From the NCBI GenBank assembly GCA_010909165.1, contig MU008171.1:1178001-1242000 (forward strand): DNA of 64,000 nt, read 5' to 3'. Positions 26,291 through 38,521 of this stretch are shown piece by piece. The notes beneath the pieces are model-generated. The model did not search any database, had not been told where the DNA came from, and saw nothing but the letters and a program-made list of their open reading frames with translations. Within the stretch, counting starts at the first letter, position 1; every line of letters begins with the position of its first letter. The translations under genes were made by a program, and so were the position numbers. The stretch is from Anthoceros angustus. Taxonomy: Eukaryota; Plantae; Anthocerotophyta.

Positions 26291-27793
26291 TCATGTGTAA
26301 GCCTGGTGGTGGGTTGCCTTGGGCTTCACCTTCTGAGGTCTTTCGCAAGTCACGCATTTTCTCACTTTAGCAGCCCACAGGTCCAAGCCGCACGGATAAC
26401 AAACGTTCACGTGTCCGCAAGTGTACAAGGCTCGTTGCCTGGTGGGCTCGAATATCTTGTTGCACACGCTGCATTTGTTGCTGTGGTCCTGGGCGGCTTT
26501 CTCCGACTCTCTCTTGGCTTGCTCGACATCTTGCTTCATCTTTTCCTGCTTTGCCAGGGTCTCCTCGAGTAACAGTTCCTTCTCTTTCTGCTGTTGGTCT
26601 TTCAGGTTCATAAGTTCTCGGTTCTGCTTCTCTTGTAGCTCCACCTTCCTCTTGTTTTGCTGCTCCGCTAACTTAGCAAGTGCCGTCTCCATCTTCACTC
26701 GCAGTTCATAGTGGAAGTTGACATTCTTCATGGCAGCCAGCTGCCTTTGTTCCGCCTGACGTTTCCTGGACAAGTCCTCCTTCTGCTCGCGAAGTAATTC
26801 ACATGCCTGGGTTTCCATGGCATTTTCTGCCTCCCACATCTCCTTGTTTCTCTCCAGCGCTTCTCTGATCAGTGACTCGGTCTGACGATACTGGAGTACA
26901 ACATTTTCCTTCTCGGCCTCATGCTGCTTCTTCCTTTGCGCCAGGAGGGTCTCATGCTCCCTCTGAACCTTCTCCTCCAGTCCTTTCCGCGACAAAATAT
27001 CCAGCCTCTTCTGCTCCAGCTCCTGCGTCAACCTCCCTAGATCGGTCGCTTCTGTCTCGAGCGTCAACGCGATTTCCTTCTTCTGTTCCTCCAACATCTT
27101 CAGCCTCCGTTTCTGCTCCTCTCTCTCTCTCTGGGCGTTGTCGTGAGGCTTCAGCACTTTCTCCATCTTACTCTCCACCGTCCACCTCTTGAGCACTCTT
27201 CTGTCACGATCCATCTCCTCCATATCCCTGGGCTGCGCAAGGTAGCCGTAGATGATTCTCTTACCATCGTCGCTCACAAGCTCGGGAGTATCCCACCCCC
27301 CGATGGCCCACGGATTAGCATCACGGGGCCTCACTCTCATAAACATGTCCCTGCCCCTGTTACTCCTTTGGAGCAGCTCATGCAAATCCTCAGCCTCCAT
27401 AAAGCCCAAGTACGTGGGCGCAAAGGTGATCAGAGTCCTTCCCCGATGCCCCCGCGGACCATAGAGGCAAAGAACCCTGTTGAACTCAATATCCTTCTTC
27501 AGCCCCCGCACGAACATGCGTATTTCATCGTTATCCAGCCCTCGGATCCTCTTGGTCGCAGGGTCGTATCCCACCCTGGTATTCTCCAGCACAACAACAG
27601 GAGGCCACACGATCGGCACATCCTCATAATTCCCCGATCTCCGGTGCACATGCACAGCTCCTCCCTCATTCAAACGATCCTGCTCCTTGGTCTTAGGCTC
27701 AGATCCCTGTCTGGTCTTCTCCAGAACCTCGTTCACACCATCCTCAGCCTCCTCCATCGTCTCATCCTGGTTCCGCAGCTCTCCGTCTTCCAT
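26291..27793 (-). CDS. Intronless XS-domain (SGS3-like) + coiled-coil + C-terminal C3HC4 RING protein, ~500 aa
   Basis: XS signature IVWPPVVVLENT...LYGPRGHRGRTLITFAPTYLGFMEAEDL...GKRIIYGYLAQPRDMEEMD; long E/K/Q coiled coil; CSVC-x14-CGHVNVCYPC-x11-CVTC. ATG 27793 follows a CAG acceptor; an alternative ATG is at 27811. Confidence 0.85.
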   Translation of the reverse strand: MEDGELRNQDETMEEAEDGVNEVLEKTRQGSEPKTKEQDRLNEGGAVHVHRRSGNYEDVPIVWPPVVVLENTRVGYDPATKRIRGLDNDEIRMFVRGLKKDIEFNRVLCLYGPRGHRGRTLITFAPTYLGFMEAEDLHELLQRSNRGRDMFMRVRPRDANPWAIGGWDTPELVSDDGKRIIYGYLAQPRDMEEMDRDRRVLKRWTVESKMEKVLKPHDNAQREREEQKRRLKMLEEQKKEIALTLETEATDLGRLTQELEQKRLDILSRKGLEEKVQREHETLLAQRKKQHEAEKENVVLQYRQTESLIREALERNKEMWEAENAMETQACELLREQKEDLSRKRQAEQRQLAAMKNVNFHYELRVKMETALAKLAEQQNKRKVELQEKQNRELMNLKDQQQKEKELLLEETLAKQEKMKQDVEQAKRESEKAAQDHSNKCSVCNKIFEPTRQRALYTCGHVNVCYPCGLDLWAAKVRKCVTCERPQKVKPKATHHQAYT

Positions 27794-28754
27794 AGCGCCT
27801 GAAAACTTCATACAACACACAAATCACGTCAATTATGCCAGTTCCTCATCCACACCCTGCCAGGCTCAGCCCATCATCCTCGCCCACACTCTTGCAGCAG
27901 GCAACGTATCGGACAGGTCTTGGCGCCGTCCCGCAGCCGCCACCAGTTGCGAGACAGAACTGAAGCGTGAGAAGAGGCCTACGAGACGACTCAAATTTGA
28001 ACTGATCAAGGGTTCGAACCCGAGTGGGCGCACCGGGTGTGGCGGGCCGGATATACGTTGGAAGTCGTGAATCGCACTGGACTTCTCCCGCCGAGAAGAA
28101 AGGAGTGAGAGCCTGAGAGGCAGGTTCCCGGCCTGCGGTGGCGGGATCGTTCAGGCAGCCTGCTGGCGACGAGGTTGGCGCGTGAAGGCAGATCGTACGG
28201 GGTGTGTCAGCCGGACCAGGACTGATGAGCACTGAGCGCATCTGATGCATGTGTGAGCGCCCACTGGTTGTGCGAGGCTGTTGCAAGAGAGAGACGGAGG
28301 GAAAGAGAGCAACGGCTTGACCGTGCGAGCTGCACCCAAAGTGCATTACGGGCGCCCCAGCTGTGGCCGCAGATTTGGTCTGCTGCTGAGAGCGTGGATC
28401 AGGGAGGCCTGCACTTGAGGCATTCGCCGTAGTTGCCTTGCGAGGTGACTGGTTCGGGGAGTTTGTCATGCGACAGTAACAGAGGCAAACCAGTTCGTTT
28501 CCGGTACGTACCGTGCGCACTCAACGTCTTGCGCAGCATTGATTGCCATGGTCGCTGGTGGAGAGGGGTAGCGTAGGAGAAGCGGGGTAGACACTGCACC
28601 TGCAGTTTCTTTTTTGGCCGGAAAGAGGACGCTTGTTTTGGAAGCTTAGGGAGTGGCACATAAGTTAGGGGCCCGTTTTGAAGGGCTCTGAGTGACGCTG
28701 TATCCCATTTTCCTTGATTTGGTTGAGCTGAAGAGCCGGATCACCCATGCGCAG

Positions 28755-30919
28755 ATGGATGCCATAAGGAAGCAAGCGCGGAAATTCCAGGAGCAAGTAG
28801 CGAAGCAACAGCAGGTGCTTTCTCGTTTTCTGTTACTATATTTGTCTCCTTCCTTGAGCCCTCGTGCTTGCCGCCAGCTTTACTAAAGCGGTTCAATGCG
28901 TACAGGCCGTCTTCAAACAATTTACCGGACACTCTCAAGGTGATGGTGTCATTACCGATGAGGCTGAGTTGCAGCGGCATCAGCAACTAGAGAGGCTTTA
29001 TACCTCGACCAGAGCTGGCAAGGTTGTATGGACCCCTATTTGGGGTTGTAGGAGCTCAGTTCAAAAGTTTGTTAGTCTGTACTTTGCTTGTCCTGTGACC
29101 TGCCGCCCTGACAACCCACCTAATCTTGTATGCCGAACAGCACTATCAGCGTGATATTGTAAGGGGAGTTGAAGGTTTGATACAATCAGGACTGAAACAA
29201 TTTGAAGTCTGTGAGTTCCTCACTTTCCCACCAAGCCACGTTTAAGAGCTGCATTTACCTTGGGAGCCTCCTTAATGAATTGCCTCTTTTGCAGCTGCAA
29301 AACTTGCAGATGACTGCCGCAAATATGCAACAGAGAGCCCAGGGGTTGGTGGCTCGCTTGGCAGGGCTTCGTTGCACTTCAGCAATGCGTGGATGCAGGT
29401 GGAGAAGGAAAGGGATATCTTGCACCGTGTGCTCGGCACCCAGGTTTGGATACCAGGACTCGGATTCTTTCTCCTTTTGAAATTCAATCTCATTATGGTG
29501 AAATATTAGATGTTAGCTCGGCAATCCATAAATGTTGTGGATACCTTTCGCACATGGTGTGCTTCATTGTGTTCATGCTGGCAGGTTGCAGAACCTCTGA
29601 AGGCCATGGTCATGGGGGCACCACTAGAGGATGCTCGCCACCTCACTCAGCGCTATGACCGCCTTCGTCAAGAAGCAGAGGCTCAGGTCAGTGGAACGTG
29701 ACATGCTGGAATTGCTATAACTCTCAATCGAACATTGATTAGTTTTATTGTCACTCTATGTTGTGTTTGAGATGTAGAGCTGCATCTGTGAAACACAAAG
29801 GGGTACCCTCTCTGTCTTCTTGGGGGTTGATGTATTTTGATGAAACTGTGTGTGTTTGGCCAGGCAGCGGATGTTGGGAGGAGGCAAATGAAGAATAAAG
29901 AGGCTGGTGGAAATCTGGATAACACTGTGAAACTCCAGATGGCCGAGACGAAGTTGACAGAACTTGCATCAGCAATGGCTGTCCTTGGGAAGGAGGCAGC
30001 TGCAGCCATGACTGCTGTAGAAGCTCAACAACAGCGACTCACCCTCCAGAGGCTAATTGCAATGGCAAGTAGCCTCTGAAGTTCAGAAAACTGCAAGCGA
30101 TTCTCATAAGAATGCTCTGAACTGGTTGTTAAGCTTTTGGTCACATCTAGCGGTGGTTCTAATTCACCAAAACTATCAGCTGGCTCATGGCCCCTTGGTG
30201 TGTCTCATGTTGCAACAGGTAGAAGCGGAACGGTCCTTTCACCAAAGAGTTGCAGAGGTCCTTGATCAGCTGCAAGCGCAGGTGCCCCTTGTTCATCCAA
30301 CCCTGTTCCTGCGGATGGTGAGTTAATGCTGTTCTTGATGTATGCTGACTGATGTTTGGTGCAGATGGTGTCTGAACGACAGCGAAGTGAGTCTGTGCCA
30401 CCCCCCGTTACCGGAACTCCTGTTGTTGAAGTGGCACCTCCAGCATACGAGGATCTAAAGTCGAATGGACAGACTACCCCAGATCCTGCTCCAGGCATTC
30501 CTGCCCAGACTGCTGCTCAGAAAGCCTTGTTCTTTCTGGCTGAGGTAGGCCACACTCCATTTCGCTTGGTTAAGCTCGCCCTTTAGAGTAGTCATGGAGT
30601 TTGGCTTCTCTGTGCAGGTGATGCATTCTTTTGAGGCAGAATCAGAGGGGGAACTTAGTCTCGCCGTGGGAGATTATGTTGTCGTACGTCAGGTATGGTG
30701 CACTGCTCAGGAAGAGATCACTTGTATTTCTGTGTTGGTGTGTGTTTGTCTGACAGACATCAGCACTATGTGGCTTTTTCCTTGATTTGGCAGGTTTCAG
30801 GCACTGGCTGGTCAGAAGGAGAATGCAAGGGCAAGGCTGGTTGGTTTCCCACCTCTTACGTGGAGCAGAGGCAGAAAGCACCTGCTAGCAAGATTGCTGG
30901 AGGCAACTCTTTTCTGTAG
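28755..30919 (+). CDS. SH3P2: BAR + SH3 domain protein (SH3P2/SH3P3 family), ~10 exons
   Basis: MDAIRKQARKFQEQVAKQQQ; VAEPLKAMVMGAPLEDARHLTQRYDRLRQEAEAQ; LGKEAAAAMTAVEAQQQRLTLQRL; SH3 GELSLAVGDYVVVRQVSGTGWSEGECKGKAGWFPTSYVE. Confidence 0.92.
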
Positions 30920-32339
30920 AATCCATTCACTGGTATGTATGACACTGCTGGTGCTGGAGGGACTTGACTATTCTGGCGTCCTCAACCCGTTGGGCTCATT
31001 GGTGTCTTCCTTTTCTCGTCTTAAAGCCTGTATGGTGGATCGGCCTAGTATTCCCGCAGGTGCCTTTCTAGGACTCCAACACGTGAAAGTAGGAGTAGAA
31101 ATTGACACCATGTGTAAGGCTGTATTGATCCGGTCCTTCGTGTCGTAGAAATATTTATATTCATCCTAGGCTGTAGGTTTCTTCAATCGGAAAAGTAAAA
31201 ACACTTTGGGACCTGCGCCTGTCGGGGCAGCATTTCCGAGTGCCTACATACAATTGTATCCGTTGCCTTTGTGCGGTTTGACAATCCTAGTATATAGGTA
31301 CTGTTTAGTCTTCCACAAGTTCTTAACGAGTTCAAGCTCTGGCCTGATCATGGCATGGTCAGCACCTGTGTAACGGCATCCACATACATTCGCCGTTCCA
31401 TGTCAGTGCAGCGGAAAACTCTCGGACTACACTCTGATTCAGAGGTGATGCTGCAATGGAAAACACTCGGACAACACTCTGATTCAGAGATGATGCCAGG
31501 GCGCTGATGCTGGGTCAGACAAAGCTGCAGGCATATGGGCACATGGTGGCTTGCTGGTTCCCACACATCAACGCAAGAAGCGATCATCTCACGGTAGGCT
31601 CGTCAGATGTAGACACACAGCGACATGGCAATAGGTCAGACGGCTTCTCGTTCCGAACTCCTGCAGGCAGTATAAACAATCACAATCTGGAAAGCAAAAC
31701 AGCTGATGAGACAATGCCATTGACACTGGCTCAGAGAGCCTGTGGATGACGTCTAAGAAACAGGCCCTTGGCCGTGCATGGCCATTTCAGATAGCCATGA
31801 GAAATACAATCGAGAGGCTTCTCTTATAGAATGCCTCTGCTTTCCTACGCAAGCTCGTAATCACGGTGCTCTCCTCGTTCCAGCTGAAGTTCACAAATCC
31901 CCATGGACACCGTAGAAGACCTGGATGCCCGGCTACAGTGGCCTGCTGCACTTGACTTCCAAAGGACACTGTTGAGAAGAGTCTGAAACCCAGACCTAAC
32001 AATACATGTCTTGTTTAGTACTTTAATCTTCACTCTTTGACAGTACATCGTATGTTTCTCTGAATGTTCATACAACCATTCATCAGATATTGATATGTAG
32101 TCTTGATCTCGACACCAAGCATGTCTAAATGTCGACCCCAAGTATCTCTTGATGTCGACACCAAGTGTAGGCATCAAGCAAGAATATGTAAAGTTGCAGG
32201 GACGGCCATGTGAGCAAGTGAACGGCTGACGCAGCGGCAATTCACGATAGAACGGAACCTTCAATGCGGGGAGCGACTCCAATTTCAAAAGGGAATTCGC
32301 CTCTATGAGCTCGAGAGAGTGATCGCGACGAGGTCTGTC

Positions 32340-33077
32340 CTACTTGAGATCAAAACCTGGCGTGGGAGGAGCAGGATGAGACTCAAAGCTGTCAAACTTC
32401 TCCACAGAAGAAGCAGCCGCTTTCTGCTCTTCGTTGTTTCCTCCAAACAGTCCTCCGAACAAGGAATTGGTCTTCTGCTCTGCTGGGAAGGGCGTGGCAT
32501 GGGGCACAGGGCCAACGCCTGTTGGGACAGCGGTGAATTGTGGCAGGGGCTCGTCAATGGGAGGCGGGTTTGCCATGCTGGCGGTGAGCCTGTTGAGCAT
32601 GATGACGCTGCCTTCTATCATGGCCAGGAGCACGCCGCCGAATACGGCAGACCTAGAAGCAGACCTCAAGCCCTGGCGCAGCTGCAGGAACCCTCCTGTG
32701 GCTGCACCCGCGGCGATGGAGTTCCAGGGGTCCTCCTTCTGCCGGAGGTATACCATGGAGCAGTCGAAGGTGGAGAAAAGGCCTCCCCACACGGCGAAGC
32801 TGCCTCCTATCCTAGGCGCGTTGATGCGCACTGCCTGCGTGCCACCTGCAGGCTGCTGTCAACGCCTTATCTCTGCCCAGCTAGACAATGAGAGGCGTGC
32901 AGGAGACGCAGACTTACCTGCGAGGCGCTCTCCCTTGGGAGAATTCTTCAGGCCCTTGATAAAATGCCAGGCGGATCCCCCCACCGCTCCCATGGAGAAG
33001 GCGCTGCCGATGTCATCCAGAATCCTGTCGGGGCATGGCTCCCGCACGTGCTCCGGCCTCTCGCCTGCACCTGCCAT
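32340..33077 (-). CDS. TIM17: Mitochondrial inner-membrane translocase subunit TIM17, 2 exons, with plant C-terminal extension
   Basis: [41 protein letters not shown]; [36 protein letters not shown]. Confidence 0.95.
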
Positions 33078-33359
33078 GGCGCAGCCTGCTACCAGTGCCT
33101 GCCTCTCCCAAGTTAAATCCCATAGCAGTGCCCAATTCTGCCGCCTTTCTCGAGGGCTTACACGTCTCCACCATACCATAAGCACACTGCAATCTCGAAC
33201 AGCTTGTGGCATAATCACCCAGCTGTCAATTCTGTACATTAATTCACAGACTGGTCCACACCTAGATAAGGAATCTAACTACCACCTAAACTCTAGCTCA
33301 ATCGACTTGAAATTGATTAGAGACTGTGAATGCAGACCTCTGGGTCTGTTGCAAGCAGC

Positions 33360-35425
33360 TCATGCCTCCCCTTGACACGAACACAATATCCTGCCATTTA
33401 CTAAGCCTTTAGTCTCACTGTCTGAAAACGAGTGCGCCAGATCGGGAGTGGATATAAGAAACACCACAAGGTACTCTGGGTGGGTCTCTAGAAAGTGGAT
33501 GAACTCAGCCCTGCTGATCACTTTTGTGTTCTTGGCATCAACCTTTTCGATAAATCTCTGTATCTGCACAGGCCAGCATTGCATTGTCAGCAAAAGAAAA
33601 CCCACCGGGGGAAACAAGTCATGAAGCATGACAGGGAAAGAGAGAAGAAACCTGTTCGTCGGTGATACTTGGAATGACGGCCCGAAGACTACTTCGAGTG
33701 TCGTCTCTGCTCACAAGTCCATCCTCATCAACGTCAAACAGTCTGAAAGCAGTATCAAAAGCCACCTTAAACTTTTTGTGCTTCGTCACAAATGCAAGTC
33801 CCACCGCATACTGCAACGATAAAAGAGGGTTAGGACTAGGAGCATCAAACGCGAGCTGTGTCTTTTGTCCATGCTTTTGGTAGAAAGCCACATCACAAAC
33901 CTGACGAAAGTTGATGAAACCCCTCCCTGGTTGATCAAAGAAGAGGAACGCCTTCCGCAGGAGGTTGGAACTTGGAAGATCCAGGGCAGACACAAAACCT
34001 CTATAGGTCACAACACCCCTGAAGCAACAGTATACCTTCTGGTCAGCTTTTTGAATCGACTCGGTACCTTTGTGGGACAAGGGGAGAACATGTACCTCCT
34101 CTCCACATCCATTTCTTGAAATTTGAGAAGGAAGTGTTTGGCCTCCTTGATATTGAGCTTGAACAGCTTCTCGAACTTGCCAAACTCCAAGAGTGCAAAT
34201 GAACTCCTAAACTTATTCTTCACAGCCTCTACACCGAGCGCAGAATCCTCATAGCTGTGCTCAGTGACCATCACATTCAATGCTTTGGCCATCTCCACTC
34301 GGACTCTTTCTGCAAATAGCCGAGGATTCTTTTGTTCTTGAAAGGTAGGCTCAACAATGGGCAAGTACTCCACCTGGCAAAGTAAGTAAACAGCAAGCAT
34401 TATATCAACTCCCTGTCCAAAAGTGAAGGACGGATATTGAATGTGAAACTCCTGAGGATCACCTCCATGAAATTATGGAACTGCGTCATCAACCGAAGCA
34501 GAAGACTGAATATAGCCGGGCCTTCCGCAGTCCATGAAGGATCCAGGTGTACATGCGGGTAGCGTATAACAACAGGTTGCACAGCGAAGCCAGGCGTGAA
34601 GGCTCCTGATTTGAAGGACACCAGCACCTTCCCATTCGTGGTTGTTGCCTCGGGGAATATCATCACGTGACTCCAGTCGTTGCACATAGCTCTCCTCTTT
34701 ATTTCACCTGCAGACGTAGTGTCAATAACTCCCTTTGTTCTCCTACAAAGTACTGCCAAGGCGATGATCTCGATGGAAGAAAGTTTCAGTTCCAGAAATA
34801 CACACGCATCCAGCACCAAAGCAAACCCCAGTCATCACTACTTGCCTGAAGCATTTCGGCGGGAATCCTGAGACACCCTGTTGACAGCAATGACCTGCAT
34901 GGCCTTCATGATAGCTCCAGCGATTGGCATACCCAAATTCTCCTGTGCTGTCACGATGACAGGCAAGTGCTTGAAGAAAATGAAGACCGGATCCACAAAC
35001 GTCACATGGTTACTGACAAGGATCGGAGTCCGGCTCCGATCAGCTGGCTTTCCCTTTATGTGAATCCAGTGAAACCCACATGCAAAGAGGAGCACCCTGG
35101 CACATATCCTCACCGGCCAGAAGAGGCGTCTGCGCCATGGAGGAAAAGGCTTCTTCAAAACATCTTTGGCACCGATGAGAGCCAGCTTAGTCATGTAGAA
35201 TCCCACCAGCAGACACAACACCCAGAGTAGCAATCGCAAGACACAGATGGGCGCCATCAGAATTGTTTTGAGAACTTCATACGGGCACGAGAACTTGCTG
35301 TCATTGTGAAACGGGTTGACGGGGACATCCGGCGGCAGCCGAGGTGGCACCGAGGGCTCCTGCTGCCTGCCCGGCCTCATCCTCCTCCGCAAACTGCGCA
35401 GACATGATTCCGCAAATTCGATCAT
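33360..35425 (-). CDS. LPEAT2: Lysophospholipid acyltransferase with C-terminal EF-hands (LPEAT2-like)
   Basis: PlsC motifs VSNHVTFVDP and FPEATTTNG; FKSGAFTPG; EF-hand FRLFDVDEDGLVSRDD; HPEYL near the C-terminus. Start is uncertain (35425 or 35380). Confidence 0.9.
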
Positions 35426-36382
35426 CACGTGCTCCAGCCTTCAGAGGAGGTGATCTCCACGAATGCGCCCTGCTCCGGATATAATCCCCCTAGGTTTCCA
35501 ATCAAGAAAGCCAGGAGTCTCTCAAGAAGCCACTGGGCCTCCCAGAACGATACAAATCACTCCCACCAGGACTTCCCCGAACCTGCTGGAACCCAGGAAA
35601 AACCCCGCCCACAAAGTGATCAGGCCACCACTTCCACCAGACCCAAAACCCTGAGGCCAATCCGGGAAGCGGCCTCGGACGCAAATACCTCCACAATGGC
35701 AAACATCATTCCCAGAATCCCTGCCAACTTCACCCAAACTCGATAATCCACGCCTGTCCTGAAGAAGCGAAGGTAACAGCCCAGCTACTGTGCCATTGCA
35801 AACAGGAGGCTGGCAACGGCCAGCAGCAAAGGCAAAGCCTCCGGGAGCGGAAGTGGTAGCTCCAACCGGGGCACCAGGAGCCCAGTTGCGTGTCCGCAAA
35901 TCGCGGACAGCAGGCAGCCCAGCAAGCAGGGGCCGGGCACGCCCAAGAGGGAGAAGATGCTGGAGAAAGAGAGGGACACAGTACGGATAAGCAGAGGGGA
36001 TTGTGGCGCAGATGGTGGCAGGAATCGGAAGCTACGCTACACGTATGCAGCAATGACACCCAGGTCTCAGATGCACCTGGATGTCCCGGTCACCTGATGC
36101 TGAATCCGGCCCCGATTCCCAATCGGCCCTTTTTTATTTACCGTTTGATTCAGTGAACGGAGGCTCTCGCTCCCGTTATTGCCAATTGCTATCTACCTAT
36201 TGCTATTGGGCAGGAGCACCTGCCAAATTTAGCTCCGGCCTTGCCTGAAATTCAAAGTCTTGCTGATGAGAAATTAGAATCTACACAAGGAATGATGAGC
36301 AAGAAATGGGCTGGGCCGGCCGACTCCAATTCCGGCTGCGAGGTGTGGCAGGGTCATCACAACCTTGGACGAATGCTCCTCA

Positions 36383-36825
36383 CTTCTCACCGTCTCTCTG
36401 CAGTTTGCCGAATATGTCTGTCTCATCTTGTAGAACATGTTGCTCAGGAGTTGTGTCGAATCTCTGACTTCCTAATTCGTCTCTACTGTTTGGGTTCTCG
36501 CAGGTTTCTATGCCTGGCAGTGACTTACCCACTGGCCCAGATTCCGCGTGCCGGACAGATAGCTTACCTCCAAATACCATTGTCAGGAATGTACATTCAC
36601 GGCAACTTTACTTTTTCATGTGGTGTAAAATGCCCTGCACTCGGGTCTCAGCTTCTGTCCTGAAACTCATGCGATGCAGCAGATCTGGACTACGACCATC
36701 TCGAAGAACATTCAGATATCATAGTTGTGGATGACCTGGGTGTGTGCCTTCTCGAAGTATGTATCCAACTTGGCATGTTGCCATGACCTTCCTATCAACT
36801 CCTGAGTCTCGATGGTACGGGAACA
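36383..36825 (+). pseudogene. 5' part of a decayed genomic duplicate of the glycosyltransferase gene at 56438-58232
   Basis: Aligns by eye, intron sequence included, to 57106-57655 (atgcctggcagtga...gatagcttacctccaaatac...tacattcacggcaact; ggatgacct...gcaacttggcatgttgc...cctatcaactc), with indels. Confidence 0.85.
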
Positions 36826-36928
36826 ATGCGCACTTTTCGGTGCATCGTGGTGTCCAAGTAATGGAAGAAGAATTGAGGCAGGCAGGATGAGACGGCGATG
36901 CCGCTGGAGCTGCCCTCGTTGTTGCTAC

Positions 36929-36941
36929 CGCAGCAGCAGCA

Positions 36942-36978
<37 letters not shown>
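36929..36978. repeat. (CAG)4(CTG)~12 compound trinucleotide repeat, self-complementary at the junction
   Basis: Directly visible. Confidence 0.9.
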
Positions 36979-36980
<2 letters not shown>

Positions 36981-37099
36981 GGGACCGTCACACTGCAGGA
37001 GCCGCGGGAGCTCTTCTGGGCCGAGCCCTCTTAATGGCGGGAGGAGAATGGCCCGGACAAGTGGAGTTCAGGCTATCCCGACCTCAGGCACAGAGCGTC

Positions 37100-38521
37100 C
37101 AATGCTCAACACAGGCATGCGCCAGTGTTGGAGCGCTGCAGCAGGGCAAGCAGCTGCACTGTCAGATATGGCAAAGAGGTTTTCAAGACGATGCAGTCAT
37201 GGCCAACTGCCTGGTGACCATGTATGTGACATGTGGGAGCTTAGAGGATGCGAGAACAGTGTTTGACAGTTTGCCCGCCAAAGATGTGGTTACATGGACT
37301 GCCATGATCACAGGCTATACGGAGCACGGGCTGGCCCGGCAAGCCCTGGCTTTGTATGCATGTATGCAACAGGAGGGCACCACTCTGCCAGACCAACTCA
37401 CTTTCGTGTGCCTCCTTCAAGCATGTGCGAGTGCAGGAGCTCTGCACCAAGGGAAGCAACTTCATGGCCGCATCCATCAAGCTGGCCTGCAAGCTAACGT
37501 GGTCATTGGCAGCTGCCTGGTGGACATATATTCCAAGTGTGGCACCTTGGAGGATGCGCGCAAAGTGTTTGACAACCTCCAGAAATCTGGTGACATGGAC
37601 AGCAATGCTCAATGGCTATGCTGAATATGGTGACGGTTGCATGGCCATCCTGTGTTTCCAGGACATGCTTGAGCAGGATATGCAGCCCGATGGGACAATA
37701 TTTTTTGTGTCTGTTTGTGGCATGCAGTCGTGCAGGCCTGGTTCATGAAGGCCAGCGCTATTTCAGGAGGATGATCGAGGTCCATGGAATATTGCCCACG
37801 GATTCCCACTTTGGTTGCATTGTGGATCTTCTTGGCCGGTCAGGACATCTGGATGAGGCAGAGTGTTTTTTGCACACCATGTCGTTTGAGAAGGATATCT
37901 CGGCCTGGAAAGCTTTTTCGAGTGCCTGCAAGAACTATGGCGATGTCGAGCGTGGAAGGCGATGCTTTGACCGCCTCGTAGAGCTTCAACCTGACAATGC
38001 AAGTTCGTATGTGCTGTTGGGGAACATTTATGCAAATGCAGGCAGGTGGGATGAGGTGGATAGGATTGAAAGCTTGAGGAACTCAGCAGGTGCTTTGAAG
38101 AAGCCTGCAAAGGCCACCATTGAAGTAAGGAATGAGGTTCAAGTTCACGGTAGGGGAAGAGAGGTCTGACATTTTGTCCAAGCTGAAGAGTGTGAACAGG
38201 AGGTTGGCGGAGGAAGGAGGCCATATGCCAGAAACTGAGTTGGTGCTCAAGGCAGCGTCTTAGCAGGAGAAGGAAGATGCCGTGAGTGGACATGCTGAGA
38301 AACTGGCCTTGGCGAATGGTCTGCTCAATACATCAGATGGCACAACTTTGCTTGTCACTAAAAATCTTCGCATGTGCAATGACTGCCACAGTAGCACCAA
38401 GATCATGTCACAGCTTGAGCAGCGACAGATAGTAGTCAGAGATGCGCATCAAGTGCATCGGTTTCTCGATGGCTTCTGTGATTTGTGGCTCACAATAACA
38501 CTAGATGCTTGGCGTGTATGA
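37100..38521 (+). pseudogene. Intronless PLS-class PPR gene with E1/E2 and DYW:KP-type deaminase domain; frameshifted, with a premature stop
   Basis: PLS motifs (DVVTWTAMITGYTEHG, TFVCLLQACASAGALHQGKQLH, HFGCIVDLLGRSGHLDEA); E domain (SYVLLGNIYANAGRWDEV); KKPAKATIEV; GHAEKLALANGLLNT...KNLRMCNDCH...VRDAHQVHRF. Frameshifts near 37585, 37700 and 38145; in-frame TAG near 38260. Confidence 0.9.

Noticed and set aside
28005-28040. GGGTTCGAACCC B-box-like palindrome as a tRNA
   Set aside because: No A-box or cloverleaf can be built around it.
31410-31492. ~45-bp direct duplication between SH3P2 and TIM17
   Set aside because: Only two copies in intergenic/UTR sequence, with no evidence of function.
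32434-33375. 313-aa plus-strand ORF
   Set aside because: Antisense shadow of the GC-rich TIM17 gene.
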